From Balanoglossus misakiensis (lineage: Eukaryota; Animalia; Hemichordata), in assembly GCA_040954595.2 (NCBI GenBank), contig JBECUI020000049.1, positions 1-63,163 of the forward strand: 63,163 bases of DNA, written 5' to 3'. Below are positions 50,666 to 62,354 of the stretch, one piece after another. Position 1 is the stretch's first letter. Each line of letters opens with the position of its first letter. The notes beneath the pieces were generated by a model. That model was not told where the DNA came from, ran no database searches, and worked only from the letters and a program-made list of their open reading frames with translations. The position numbers were made by a program, and so were the translations under genes.

Positions 50666-51465
50666 TGAACAATATTTTTTCCTGGCGTCGCTTTTTCTTT
50701 CTTCTCCGCAAAGATCTCTCTCTGGAATATCGTACCATCATTAACACAGCCTTAGTCCTGGTGGGGATAGGACTTGTTTTTGGGCGAATGAGGCTAGGGG
50801 GCAACTTTGGAGTAGGAAACCCCTTCACTGGATATTTTTTTGTATTCATGGGAATAGGTGCCCCCATCGTTGCTAGCCGAGCTTTCCGGGAGCTTCATAA
50901 CCGAGATCTGAATGAGGGCTATCTACTCTTGCCGGCCTCTGCTCTAGAAAAGTTCCTTACCCGATTGCTTATTGTCAGTGTTGCCTATGTTCTTCTTTTA
51001 CTTATACTTTCCATGTTGCTATCCGTACTGACGGCACTTACCACAAACACTCCCGTCAGACAGATTTTTTTTAATCCCTTCAGAATAGAAGTATGGAACA
51101 GAATTTTGTCGGTTTTGATTCTCCAATCCATATTTTTTCTAGGATCGGCCTGTTCAAAAGGCATCCTTTTTTTAAAACCAGCCTTGTTATCATCGTGTTC
51201 CTTTTTGTTGCCAGTTTAAATTTGGGGAGTACTGAATATGAGAGTGTTTACACAGTTTTCCGGAGGGCAACTATTCCTTGGAGGAGGTATGCTAGGCCCC
51301 TATTCAACTTCTGAATTTGGCCTGAATCCTAACTCCAGATTCCATCAGATTTATCAGGTGATTTTTGAAATCTTGAAATGGCTTTATCTCGTAGTCTTAG
51401 CTCCTGTCTGCTGGTTTGCATCCTGGCAAAGATTAAAACAAACCCAGGTAAGCCATGGAGTTTGA
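50665..51465 (+). CDS. ABC-2 type permease-like membrane protein, frameshifted near 51150
   Basis: YLLLPASALEKF motif, multiple TM segments across overlapping ORFs. Confidence 0.7.
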
Positions 51466-51826
51466 TCAACCCAAGGGAATCTATCAGCAAATCGCTGATC
51501 AACTCCGGGACCGTATTCTCCAAGAAGAGTGGCCCGAAGGGGGGCGTTTTCCATCGGTTCGTGAAACAGCTGCCGCCCTGGGAGTCAACCCAAACACCGT
51601 AACAAGAAGTTATCGATATCTGGTAGAAAGAAATTTTCTCGAAAATCGTCGTGGTATAGGTTATTTCGTCAAAGCTGAGGCCCTCCCCCTGATCCTTAAG
51701 GAACTCAGAAAAGAATTCATAACCCAAAAGCTTCCCAGAGTTTTTGAAGTCATGAGACTTCTGAGCATGGGCATAGATGAATTCTCAAGAGAGTTCCTCG
51801 AATACCAAAAAAAGAGAAGTAGTTAA
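51455..51826 (+). CDS. GntR family regulator (YtrA subfamily)
   Basis: IYQQIADQLR, PSVRETAAALGVNPNTVTRSY, RRGIGYFV; 123 aa. Confidence 0.93.
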   Translation: MEFDQPKGIYQQIADQLRDRILQEEWPEGGRFPSVRETAAALGVNPNTVTRSYRYLVERNFLENRRGIGYFVKAEALPLILKELRKEFITQKLPRVFEVMRLLSMGIDEFSREFLEYQKKRSS

Positions 51827-51960
51827 AAAATTATGCCTCCCCTCGTGACTGCTATGTCTCTTAGCAGGGCTAGTCTTTTTGGTGCGGAGTTTGGCAAAGG
51901 ACCTTCGAGTAGTCCATAGAGTAGTTCCTCTTGTTCAACCTGATATCATTGCACCCTTCT

Positions 51961-52003
51961 GCTCTGGGGGGATGCTATGGGATATCAAAAATCCCCCCAG
52001 AGC
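51961..52003. other. 13-bp-stem hairpin
   Basis: GCTCTGGGGGGAT-17nt-ATCCCCCCAGAGC. Confidence 0.55.
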
Positions 52004-52790
52004 TCTATAAAAACTTACCTACCTCTCGGTCCCTTTTTGTCTCGATACGGCCTAGATTTTTTCTCACCTGAAATTTCCTGCTCTATACAGGAATTGCGCT
52101 CCTGACCTAGAGAAGATCTTCCTGGATTCTCTCCCCTTGCCATGCACTCGACCGATCTTCTGGGCGACTCACTTGGCCCCGCCGTCATACTTGTTACTGC
52201 ACTGAGTAAGCTGACGAACCTCCCGCAGCGACGTTTTCTTCGTATCGACTCTGCTTTCCCTTTTCGTTTGCTAATGCTGCTTGCTCTTTCTCCCTGACAG
52301 CAGACTTTGTGACGGATTGCTTTTTCTACTATTATGGCTCATACCGACCCTCCAATACATGTAATTTTACTTGTTAGATAAATCAAACCGGGGGCCATTG
52401 CCCCATCAAGGAATCTGCTGAAAATATTCTAAGCTATCCATGGAGAATGGAACCGGTCATAAAATACTCCTGGTATTTTTATTGGTCGAATGAACATTTT
52501 CCTTATGTTTAAAATGATGACAACATGCCTAAGTATTGAAGGCCTGATTTATAAAGGAGAAAGGAGCCTCATATCTTGTTAGAGATAGCACTTATTACCT
52601 TCCCTTTATGAGGATGCTTCCTCCCAGAACAGGGAGTCGGTGTTTGTATTGACAAGAAAGGGGTAAAAGCCCACAGATGGTGGCTTTACTAAACACAATC
52701 GCTCTAGGAAACCCCTTATTATAGTTTCTTCCTGCCTTAGAAAAGGAAGTGTTTATTGATTCTATTGATGTCAAAGTCTAACATTGTTTT

Positions 52791-53376
52791 ATGATCTTTC
52801 GAACAAGCTTTCTCTTTCTCGTCTCTATATGGCCCCGCTCTTTTTTTTTACTTGGTATTTTTTACTCTACAAAAATTTAGCTCCTAATCCAGGCATAATT
52901 ATCCTTTGGGTTTTCTTCCTTTGCGGCGAGCTCAGCGATCTACTGGACGGCTACTTTGCTCGTCGCAAAAAAAACATTACTGACTTTGGTAAGCTGCTGG
53001 ATCCCTTCAAGCGATGTATTTCTCCGCATCACCTATTTTCTCTGTTTTAGTTTGGTTCAGATAATGCCGGTCTGGACCTTTGCCTTATTTTATGGAGAGA
53101 ATTGGGCATGCTTTTTATCCGCATACTTTTTGTTCGGCAAGGAACAACCTTGGCCGCTAGCATGGGGGGAAAGATTAAGTCCTTTCTTTATTTTTTTAGC
53201 AGTTTTCTAGGTTTGGCACTTTTAAGTCTTCGTGTTTGGCCCTCGAAATCGAGACCTTTTTGAGCCTGATTATTCCAACGTTTTTCTCTCTAGCTGCCCT
53301 GGTTTCCGTTTTAACCTGTATCCATTACTTTCGGGGCTACTTAAAGTTCATGATTGACAGAGATCATACAGATTAA
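52791..53376 (+). CDS. pgsA: CDP-diacylglycerol--glycerol-3-phosphate 3-phosphatidyltransferase, several frameshifts
   Basis: (N)LSNKLSLSR, SDLLDGYFARR..ITDFGKLLDP..D CDP-alcohol phosphotransferase motif; TTGATT-17-TAACAT promoter 6 nt before ATG 52791. Confidence 0.85.
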
Positions 53377-53411
53377 AAGTAATCACGTGCAAAAGAAATT
53401 ATCAAAAAGAC

Positions 53412-53440
53412 TTGACAGTTGTTCTCCTTTTCAGTAACTT
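53412..53440 (+). promoter_or_regulatory. rRNA operon promoter
   Basis: TTGACA-17-TAACTT with A-rich upstream element; boxA-like GATCTTTGA near 53487. Confidence 0.75.
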
Positions 53441-53633
53441 CACCAAGTGTTTCAGAGAATCTTTGTTGTTCAAAAATTTTCTGCAGATCTTTGATAGAGA
53501 AGGAAGTAGAGAAGGGAAGAGAGAGGCCCCCAGTAAATAGGGTGAGGACAAACGAGAGTTCTTAGGTACGTGAGTATTTGAGGGCGAAGATGAGAGAAAA
53601 TAAGAACGTCCCTACGGGGATGTTTAAGATATA

Positions 53634-54535
53634 TATGGAGAGTTTGATCCTGGCTCAGAACGAACGCTGGCGGCGCGTTTTAAGCATGCAAGTCGAGCGG
53701 TAAGACGGTGTTTACATCGTCCTAGAGCGGCGAACGGGTGAGTAACGCGTAGGAATCTACCTTTTGGTTGGGGACAGCCCATGGAAACATGGGGTAATAC
53801 CGAATAAGTTTTTGCAGTTGAGAAGCTGTGAAAGGAAAGGGGCTTCGCCCTGCCGAGAGATGAGCCTGCGTCTGATTAGCTAGTTGGTAGGGTAATGGCC
53901 TACCAAGGCGACGATCAGTAGCCGGCCTGAGAGGGTGACCGGCCACATTGGGACTGAGACACGGCCCAGACTCCCTACGGGAGGCAGCAGCTAAGAATCT
54001 TCCGCAATGGGCGCAAGCCTGACGGATCGACGCCGCGTGGGTGAAGAAGGCCGAGAGGTTGTAAAGCCCTTTTCAGTTGAAGAATAAGCCTGGCAGGTAA
54101 TGGCCAGGTGATGACGTTAGACGGAGAATAAGCTCCGGCCAATTACGTGCCAGCAGCCGCGGTAACACGTAAGGAGCGAGCGTTGTTCGGAATTATTGGG
54201 CGTAAAGGGCTCGTAGGCGGTTTTATAAGTCTGGTGTGAAATATCGGGGCTCAACCTCGAATATGCACCGGAAACTGTAGGACTAGAATCTTGGAGGGGG
54301 TACTGGAATTCCTGGTGTAGGGGTGGAATCTGTTGATATCAGGAAGAACACCAGAGGCGAAGGCGGGTACCTGGCCAAAGATTGACGCTGAAGAGCGAAA
54401 GCGTAGGTAGCGAACAGGATTAGATACCCTGGTAGTCTACGCTGTAAACGATGTGCACTTGGTGGTGGTATCGCACGATATCACTGCCGTAGCTAACGCG
54501 TTAAGTGCACCGCCTGGGGAGTATGCCGGCAACGG

Positions 54536-54605
<70 letters not shown>

Positions 54606-54674
54606 GGAACCTTACCAGGGTTTGACATAAGTGTGTCGTCTGTGGAGACACAGATTTCCCTTCGGGACGCATTT

Positions 54675-54748
<74 letters not shown>

Positions 54749-54800
54749 CCGTCTGTTACCATCAAGTAAAGTTGGGGACTCAGGCGGGACTGCCGGTGAC

Positions 54801-54841
<41 letters not shown>

Positions 54842-54999
54842 CTTATGTCCTGGGCTACACACGTGCTACAATGGCCGGTACAGAGCGAAGCGAGACCGCA
54901 AGGTGGAGCTAAGCGCAGAAAGCCGGTCTTAAGTCCGGATCGGAGTCTGAAACTCGACTCCGTGAAGTTGGAATCGCTAGTAATCGCGCATCAGCATGG

Positions 55000-55046
<47 letters not shown>

Positions 55047-55179
55047 CCCGAGTTGGGGGTACCCGAAGTCGTTAGCCTAACCCTGTAAAGGGATGGCGGC
55101 GCCGAAGGTACGCTTGGTAAGGGGGGTGAAGTCGTAACAAGGTAGCCGTACTGGAAAGTGTGGCTGGATCACCTCCTTT
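53634..55179 (+). rRNA. rrs: 16S rRNA
   Basis: AGAGTTTGATCCTGGCTCAG, GTGCCAGCAGCCGCGGTAA, GGATCACCTCCTTT; ends approximate. Confidence 0.98.
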
Positions 55180-55310
55180 CAAAGTGAAAGGAAAGCAGCA
55201 GGTAAGTACAGCCTGCCCACCAGAGTATTCTGGTGGAGATAGTTTTCATCCGGGGGCCTCTCTTCTTCCCTTCTTTTCTTCATAGTTTTGATATGGGTCA
55301 AAAGGAAACT

Positions 55311-55360
<50 letters not shown>

Positions 55361-55384
55361 CTAGTTCAAATCTAGTCAGGCCCA
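55311..55384 (+). tRNA. tRNA-Ile (GAT) in 16S-23S spacer
   Basis: GGGCCTG/CAGGCCC stem, CACGC-CTGATAA-GCGTG anticodon arm. Confidence 0.96.
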
Positions 55385-55471
55385 TTAGAGAGTCTTTTGG
55401 TACAATAAACAGTCCCTTATAAAGGCTCATGGTTCTTTGATAAAAGAGAGAGAAGGGATAGAGAAAGATAT

Positions 55472-56569
55472 GGTCAAGCGACCAAGGGTCTATGGAGGAT
55501 GCCTTGGAGCTGTCCGGCGAAGAAGGGCGTGGTAAGCTGCGAAAAGCCTCGGTTAGGAGCAAACATCCTGAGACCCGGGGATATCCGAATGGGGTAACCC
55601 GACCGCATAGACTGCGGTCATTGTCAGGTGAATATATAGCCTGTCAAAGCGAGACCCGGGGAACTGAACCATCTAAGTACCCGGAGGAAAAGAAATCAAA
55701 AGAGATACCCTTAGTAGTGGCGAACGAAAGGGGTAGAGCCCAAACCCATGAGATTAAGGTTTGATGGGTGTTGTAGGGCGCATGGAATAGGGAACTGAGG
55801 AAAACAGTTGAACGGAACTGGAAAGTCCGGCCACAGGAGGTGATAGCCCTGTGACGAAGTTTTTCAGGCAGTTTTCTCATGCGTACCTGAGTACGGCGGG
55901 ACACGTGGAACCCTGCCGGAAACTGGGGGGCCCACCCTCCAAGGCTAAATACGAGACAGCTACCGATAGTGAACGAGTACCGTGAGGGAAATGGTGAAAA
56001 GCACCCCGGGAGGGGAGTGAAAGAGAACCTGAAACCGTAGACCTACAAGCAGTCGGAGTTGGCCTTAGGGCTAATGACGGCGTGCCTTTTGTAGAATGAG
56101 CCTGCGAGTTGTCATGTTATGCAAGGTTAAGGTTTAGAAGAACCGGAGCCCGGAGGGAAACCGAGTCTGAATAGGGCGCAAGAGTATGACGTGGCAGACC
56201 CGAAGCCGGGTGATCTACCTATGGCCAGGCTGAAGCTTTGGTAACACAAAGTGGAGGGCCGAACTCCAGTCCGTTGAAAAGGGCGGAGATGAGCTGTGGG
56301 TAGGAGTGAAAGGCTAAACAAACCCGGAGATAGCTGGTACTCCCCGAAATGGCTTTAGGGTCAGCCTCGGGTGGTTAATAGCGGAGGTAGAGCACTGATT
56401 AGGCTAGGGCCTGTCACAGGGTACCAAACTTAGTTAAACTCCGAATGCCGTTATTCAAAGCTCGGGAGTGAGACTGGGGGCGATAAGGTTCTCAGTCGAG
56501 AGGGAAACAGCCCAGACCGTCAGCTAAGGTCCCTAAACTGTCTTAAGTGGAAAAGGAAGTGTTATTGCC

Positions 56570-56603
<34 letters not shown>

Positions 56604-56604
56604 T

Positions 56605-56639
<35 letters not shown>

Positions 56640-57136
56640 AGTGGTGCACCGATAATGTAACGGGGCTAAAGACAGTACCGAAGCTACGGCTTAAAAGACG
56701 CTAAGTTTTTTGAGGGTAGGGGAGCATTCCGTAAGCTGTAGAAGGAGTTCCGAGAGGAGCTTTGGAGGTATCGGAAGAGAGAATGCAGGCATGAGTAACG
56801 AAAAGCAGGGTGAGATTCCCTGCCGCCGAAAGCCCGAGGTTTCCTGGGTAAAGTCAATCTTCCCAGGGTTAGTCGGTCCCTAAGGCGAGGCCGAAAGGCG
56901 TAGTCGATGGGAAACGGGTTAATATTCCCGTACTTGTGGTAATTTCGAAGGGGTGACGCATAGGGGGATTCCCAGCCAGGCGATGGTTGTCCTGGTCCAA
57001 GGAGTAAGGCCGATTGCAGAAGTGTTGGGAAATCCGCACTTTGAGGCTGAGCTTTGATGGGTAGTGAGCCTACGGGTGAGCGAAGAGGGAGTACTCGTCG
57101 TGCCAGGAAATAGCCTCTAAGGTAAGGTTATCACAA

Positions 57137-57167
<31 letters not shown>

Positions 57168-57412
57168 CAGAGAATGCTAAGGCGCACGGATGAACTCACG
57201 TTAAGGAACTCGGCAAAATACACACGTAACTTAGGGAGAAGTGTGGCCTACCCCGGGAGGGGAGGTTTCAGAAACCAGGCCCGAGCGACTGTTTACCAAA
57301 AACACAGGTCACTGCCAACCCGTAAGGGGAAGTATAGTGACTGACACCTGCCCGGTGCCGGAAGGTTAAGAGGAGTTGTTAGCTTTTTTTTTAAGAAGTG
57401 AAGCAGTGAATT

Positions 57413-57495
<83 letters not shown>

Positions 57496-57577
57496 TGGTG
57501 TAACGACTTGGGCACTGTCTCAACGTGAGGTCCGGTGAAATTGAAGTCCCGGTAAAGATGCCGGGTACCCATGGTTA

Positions 57578-57609
<32 letters not shown>

Positions 57610-57753
57610 CTGATATTGTTGTATGGGGTAGAATGTGTAGAATAGGTGGGAGACGTTAGAAGCGTGGTCGTCAGGCTACGTGGAGTCACCTGTGAAATAC
57701 CACCCTTTGTTCTTCATACAACTAACAAAATGCGTGAATCCGCATTTTGGACC

Positions 57754-57784
<31 letters not shown>

Positions 57785-58005
57785 ACCTCCCAAAGAGTAA
57801 CGGAGGTGCGCGAAGGTTCCCTTATTACGGTTGGAAATCGTAATGGACGTGTAAAGGCAAAAGGGAGCTTGACTGTGAGACAGACATGTCGAGCAGGTAC
57901 GAAAGTAGGTCTTAGTGATCTGGCGGTTTCCTTGTGGAAGGGCCGTCATTAACGGACAAAAGGTACTCCGGGGATAACAGGCTGATCCTGCCCAAGAGTT
58001 CACAT

Positions 58006-58100
<95 letters not shown>

Positions 58101-58261
58101 TGAGCTGGGTTCAGAACGTCGCGAGACAGTTCGGTCCCTATCTGCCATGGGCGTTGGATGTTTGAAAGGGTCTATTTTTAGTACGAGAGGACCGAAATGG
58201 ACGAACCTCTGGTGTACCAGTTGTTCCGCCAGGAGCAAGTGCTGGGTAGCTAAGTTCGGAT

Positions 58262-58299
<38 letters not shown>

Positions 58300-58430
58300 T
58301 TAAGATGAGACATCCCTCTACCTTTAAGGTAGCTGAAGGAATCTGGGAGAATACCAGGTTGATAGGCCGGCGGTGTAAGTATGGAAACATATTCAGCCGA
58401 CCGGTACTAATTTTTCCGTGAGGCTTGACC
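55472..58430 (+). rRNA. rrl: 23S rRNA
   Basis: GGTCAAG...CTTGACC terminal helix, conserved peptidyl-transferase and sarcin-ricin (AGTACGAGAGGACC) sequences. Confidence 0.98.
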
Positions 58431-58478
58431 ATATCTTTCTTTATCTCTTCTTTCACTTAGTTAAATAGAGAAAATAAT

Positions 58479-58592
58479 ACCCGGTGATTATGGCGGTGGG
58501 GAAACACCCGTTCCCATACCGAACACGGCAGTTAAGCCCACTTGCGCCGATGGTACTGCATACTTATGTGGGAGAGTAGGTCGTTGCCGGGT
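58479..58592 (+). rRNA. rrf: 5S rRNA
   Basis: CCCGG...CCGGG ends, CCCATACCGAACAC, GGGAGAGTAGG. Confidence 0.96.
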
Positions 58593-58754
58593 TCTTTTTT
58601 CCCCTGGAAGATGAGTTGTTTCTTGCTACTTAGCTCTACTTTTTTTGATCTCTTCTTCCGGGGGGAACTTTCACCAACAAGAATAATTCCTTACATACTT
58701 CACTTCTTATCGATTTAATTCCTACATAAAGTTTGCCATACCCTTCTTTACTAC

Positions 58755-58925
58755 GATGACATTGAAGTGGTCCTGGGTTATGACTTAGTCATTGGTATTG
58801 CTGGGCTTCAGGGGCATGTTCTGTGAACGGTATGAAGCCGCAATGCTGGATGGGGCTTCTTATGCAGTTCTGCGGCATATCACCATCTCAGGGATTAAGG
58901 GAACAGTTGCCCTGCTAAGTCTTAT
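58755..58925 (+). pseudogene. Remnant of a carbohydrate ABC permease (MalF-like)
   Basis: Fragments AGLQG...YEAAMLDGAS...LRHITI (EAA loop) with shifts and stops. Confidence 0.6.
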
Positions 58926-59157
58926 AGAGTTTATACTTCATTTTTAGGTCCTTGAGGAATCTTCTCTTATTAGGCAGGGGACTTCGGAGATTAAACGCAG
59001 CTTGGGGGCATATTAATGGCAAGAGACGAACTTATATCCCTGGAAACTTCACCGACATACCGACCTTCCAGAGCTTGCCAGAACATGGTATCACGACTTC
59101 TTTTATGCTGATGCTCGTAATCCCTTACAAAGTAGAAAAAATGCATTGATACGGAGT

Positions 59158-59186
59158 ATGACAGTATAGAAGGATACCTTTATACT
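59158..59186 (+). promoter_or_regulatory. Promoter with overlapping imperfect palindrome (probable auto-operator)
   Basis: ATGACA-17-TATACT, 6 nt before ATG 59193; AGTATAGAAGGATACCTTTATACT dyad. Confidence 0.55.
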
Positions 59187-59192
59187 CTTGCT

Positions 59193-60133
59193 ATGAATCA
59201 TAACAAATGTCTGCACACCTTGTCCCTAAATATAGCAGATGATAGAATCGTACCAATTTGCGTTCCTTGGCGAGTGAACCCCGCGTCAAGATACTGAAGG
59301 TACTCGGTAGTGGGGTGTTAATGAACGTGTCCGAAATTGCCAGGGAATTGCAGATGCCCATGTCGACAACAATATTGCATATAAAGAAATTGGAACAAGC
59401 TGGAATTATTAGTACCGTATTGAAGCCAAGCACTGGGGGTATGCAAAAATTATGCAGCAAGGTCTATTCACGGTTGGAAGTTCAGATTCCCGATAAAGAA
59501 GAAGCGAGTGACACCAATGACATAGAAATAGAAATGCCCATTGGTGCATTTTCTAATTGTGTCGTAGCACCAACCTGTGGGCTAGCCAGTGAATACGGAA
59601 TTATTGGTTGGCAGGACGATCCCCTTTCTTTTTACGAACCCAAGCATATGGAAGCTCAGCTGCTATGGTTTAAAAAAGGTTTTATTGAGTATATTTTTCC
59701 CAATAGAATGCCGCCAATGGCCCGCTGTTATTCACTATCTTTCAGTATGGAAATATGTTCTGAAGCACCTATGCACCATAATGATTGGCTATCTGATATT
59801 ACTCTGTGGATAAATAATAAAGAAATCGGTACATGGACAAGCCCTGCTGATTTTGGAGGAGAGCGTGGCATATTGACTCCCCAATGGTGGAGCACCAGAA
59901 ATACCAATATGGTTTGCTAAAGAATGGAAAACTATGAATAGCGGTAGTCGTATTGATGGGTATGAAAGTCTCTGGAGTCACAATAAGTAATCTGGACTTA
60001 CAGCCGAGTAAGCCCATTGCCATGCGCCTGGGGGTCAAGGATGATGCCCAACACATTGGTGGACTAAACCTTTTTGGAAACAATTTGGTAACTATCGGCA
60101 AGCCATTGTCATGCACATGCTCTATACCATATA
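59193..60133 (+). CDS. ArsR-HTH transcriptional regulator (COG4189-like), frameshifted
   Basis: LASEPRVKIL..MNVSEIARELQMPMSTT..HIKKLEQAGII; PTCGLAS; WTSPADFG..RG.LTPQWW; FGNY. Confidence 0.8.
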
Positions 60134-60556
60134 GAACTTGAGTGTTCCTGGCTGTGTGAGTCCCTTGCCGTTTGCCCTCTGGGATTACCCTAAGATGCAT
60201 GCCCATGTTGAATGCAGATCTCTAAGCCGATTATTTGTGAGAGTTGTTTGAGTTCTGCTAGGTTAAGATCTTTAAAAACACGGGCTTATGGTGAAGATCA
60301 AGGAGATCAGAAGCACGGGAAATGAATAATAAAGGTCCAATCAGTTTATCTTCGCTGTGAAATAGCAAAACTGAAAGCTCCATTGTGTGTGACGCAGATG
60401 CGGAGGCCTCAGCCAACTTTTAAAGGGTAGCCTTGCAGGAGCTGGCTTGTCCTGTAAAATGGGAAGTTTCAGTAGCGAATCGCATGGTGTACCATGCAAG
60501 AAGAAGTCAGCTGAATATCTTTACTAAAGAGACTTGAAAGGTTTAGGCTCCAGTTT

Positions 60557-62354
60557 ATGAACAATCCAGAGAAGTCTTCAGCAATATACGATGAAAGCAA
60601 GATCAAAACTCTTTCTTCCCTGGAGCATATCCGGCTTCGGACGGGCATGTATATCGGTCGTTTGGGAAATGGTTCCAATCCCGAGGATGGTATTTACATC
60701 TTGATAAAAGAAATTGTCGATAATGCCATCGATGAATACATTATGGGCTTTGGGAAAAAAATTGAGTTAAAACATAAAAATAATCTGATCACCTGTCGAG
60801 ACTATGGTCGGGGCATTCCTCATGGCAAACTGGTGGAATGTGTCAGTGTGATCAATACGGGAGCAAAATACAACAGCGAAGTTTTTCAATTTTCAGTTGG
60901 TCTCAATGGAGTGGGCACCAAGGCCGTAAATGCTCTTTCTTCTCATTTCCTGGTTCGTTCTTACCGGAATGGTCGTTATAAAGAAGCACGTTTTCAACGA
61001 GGTAAACTGATCCAGGAGTCTCAGGGAGTTTGCAAAGGACAGCCTGACGGCACCAGCATAGAATTTCAGCCCGATGAGGAATCTTTGCGGAATATTCTTT
61101 ACCGATGAATATATAGAAACAGCGTATGTGGAACTACGCATGCCTTAACAGGAATCTTCGGCTTTATCATATGGCAAGAAATTTGAATCTAAACGGGGCT
61201 TACATGACCTGTTGGAATCTGAGATCGGAGATTCCTTTCTCTATCCCATTGTTTATTGTAGTGCTGACAAGTTGGAATTTGCCTTTACCCACACGCACAA
61301 CTATGGAGAAAACCATTTCTCCTTTGTTAATGGTCAGCATACCTCCAATGGTGGTACCCACCAGAGCGCTTTTCGAGAAGGCTTATTAAAAGGATAAATG
61401 AGTACACTAAAAAAAAATTATTCAGGAGCCGATGTTCGAGAAGGTATCGCCGGAGCCATTGCTATTAAGGTTGAAGTTCCCATATTTGAAAGTCAAACCA
61501 AAATAAATTGGGAATACAGAATCCGTTCTTGGGTTATTTCTGAGGTAAAGGCGGGTGTTGTGGATTTCCTCCACAAAAATCCCTCATCGGCCAGGATACT
61601 GGAAAACAAGATTCTCAATAACGAAAAATTCCGCAAAGAACTTAACTCCGTCAAAAAAGAAGCTAGGGCGGCGGCCAAGAAAATTTCCTTGAACATTCCT
61701 AAACTCAAAGATTGTAAAATTCATCGCAGCGAAAAGCGTGGGGAAGAATCCTGTATTTTTATTACCGAAGGCCCATCGGCTGCTGGGAGCATGGTGAGCT
61801 GTCGGGATGTTCAGACCCAGGCCATTTATTCTCTGCGAGGCAAACCCTGGAATTCCTATGGCAAGGGCCAAGCAGCCATTTACAAGAACGAAGAACTCTT
61901 CAATCTTATGATGGCCTTGGGAATCGAAAATAGTATTGACGGTCTACGCTATGAAAAAATTGTCTTGGCTACCGATGCCGATACCGATGGCTACCACATC
62001 CGTAACCTTATCCTGACTTTTTTTCTGAATCATTTTGAAGAACTTGTGACAGCAGGGCATGTGTATATTTTGGAAACCCCTTTATTTCGGGTAAGGAACA
62101 AAAAGGAAGTGGTCTACTGTTACAACGAACGGGAAAGAGATGGAGCTGTTCGGCGAATCCGAGGGGCAGAGCTTACCCGATTTAAGGGCTTGGGAGAAAT
62201 CAATCCTAAGGAATTTGGCCAGTTCATCGGAGCTGATATACGCATTGTCCCGGTACATATTGGCACCATAAAGAACGTCTCAGAAACTCTGGAATTTTAT
62301 ATGGGAAAAAATACTCCCCAACGTCGGGATTATATCGTGGAAAATCTTCTCTAA
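60557..62354 (+). CDS. parE: DNA topoisomerase IV subunit B (GyrB family), several frameshifts
   Basis: EHIRLRTGMYIG, KEIVDNAIDE, GLNGVG, ITEG.SA, LRGKP, ATDADTDG, RFKGLGE. Confidence 0.9.

Noticed and set aside
53634-58430. Intervening sequences in rRNA
   Set aside because: Lengths (~1545 and ~2960 nt) are normal
53722-58456. ORFs within the rRNA operon
   Set aside because: Shadow frames of 16S/23S rRNA
60557-62354. Programmed frameshifting or true pseudogenisation of parE (also pgsA, ldhA)
   Set aside because: Multiple scattered homopolymer indels in essential genes are better explained by read error
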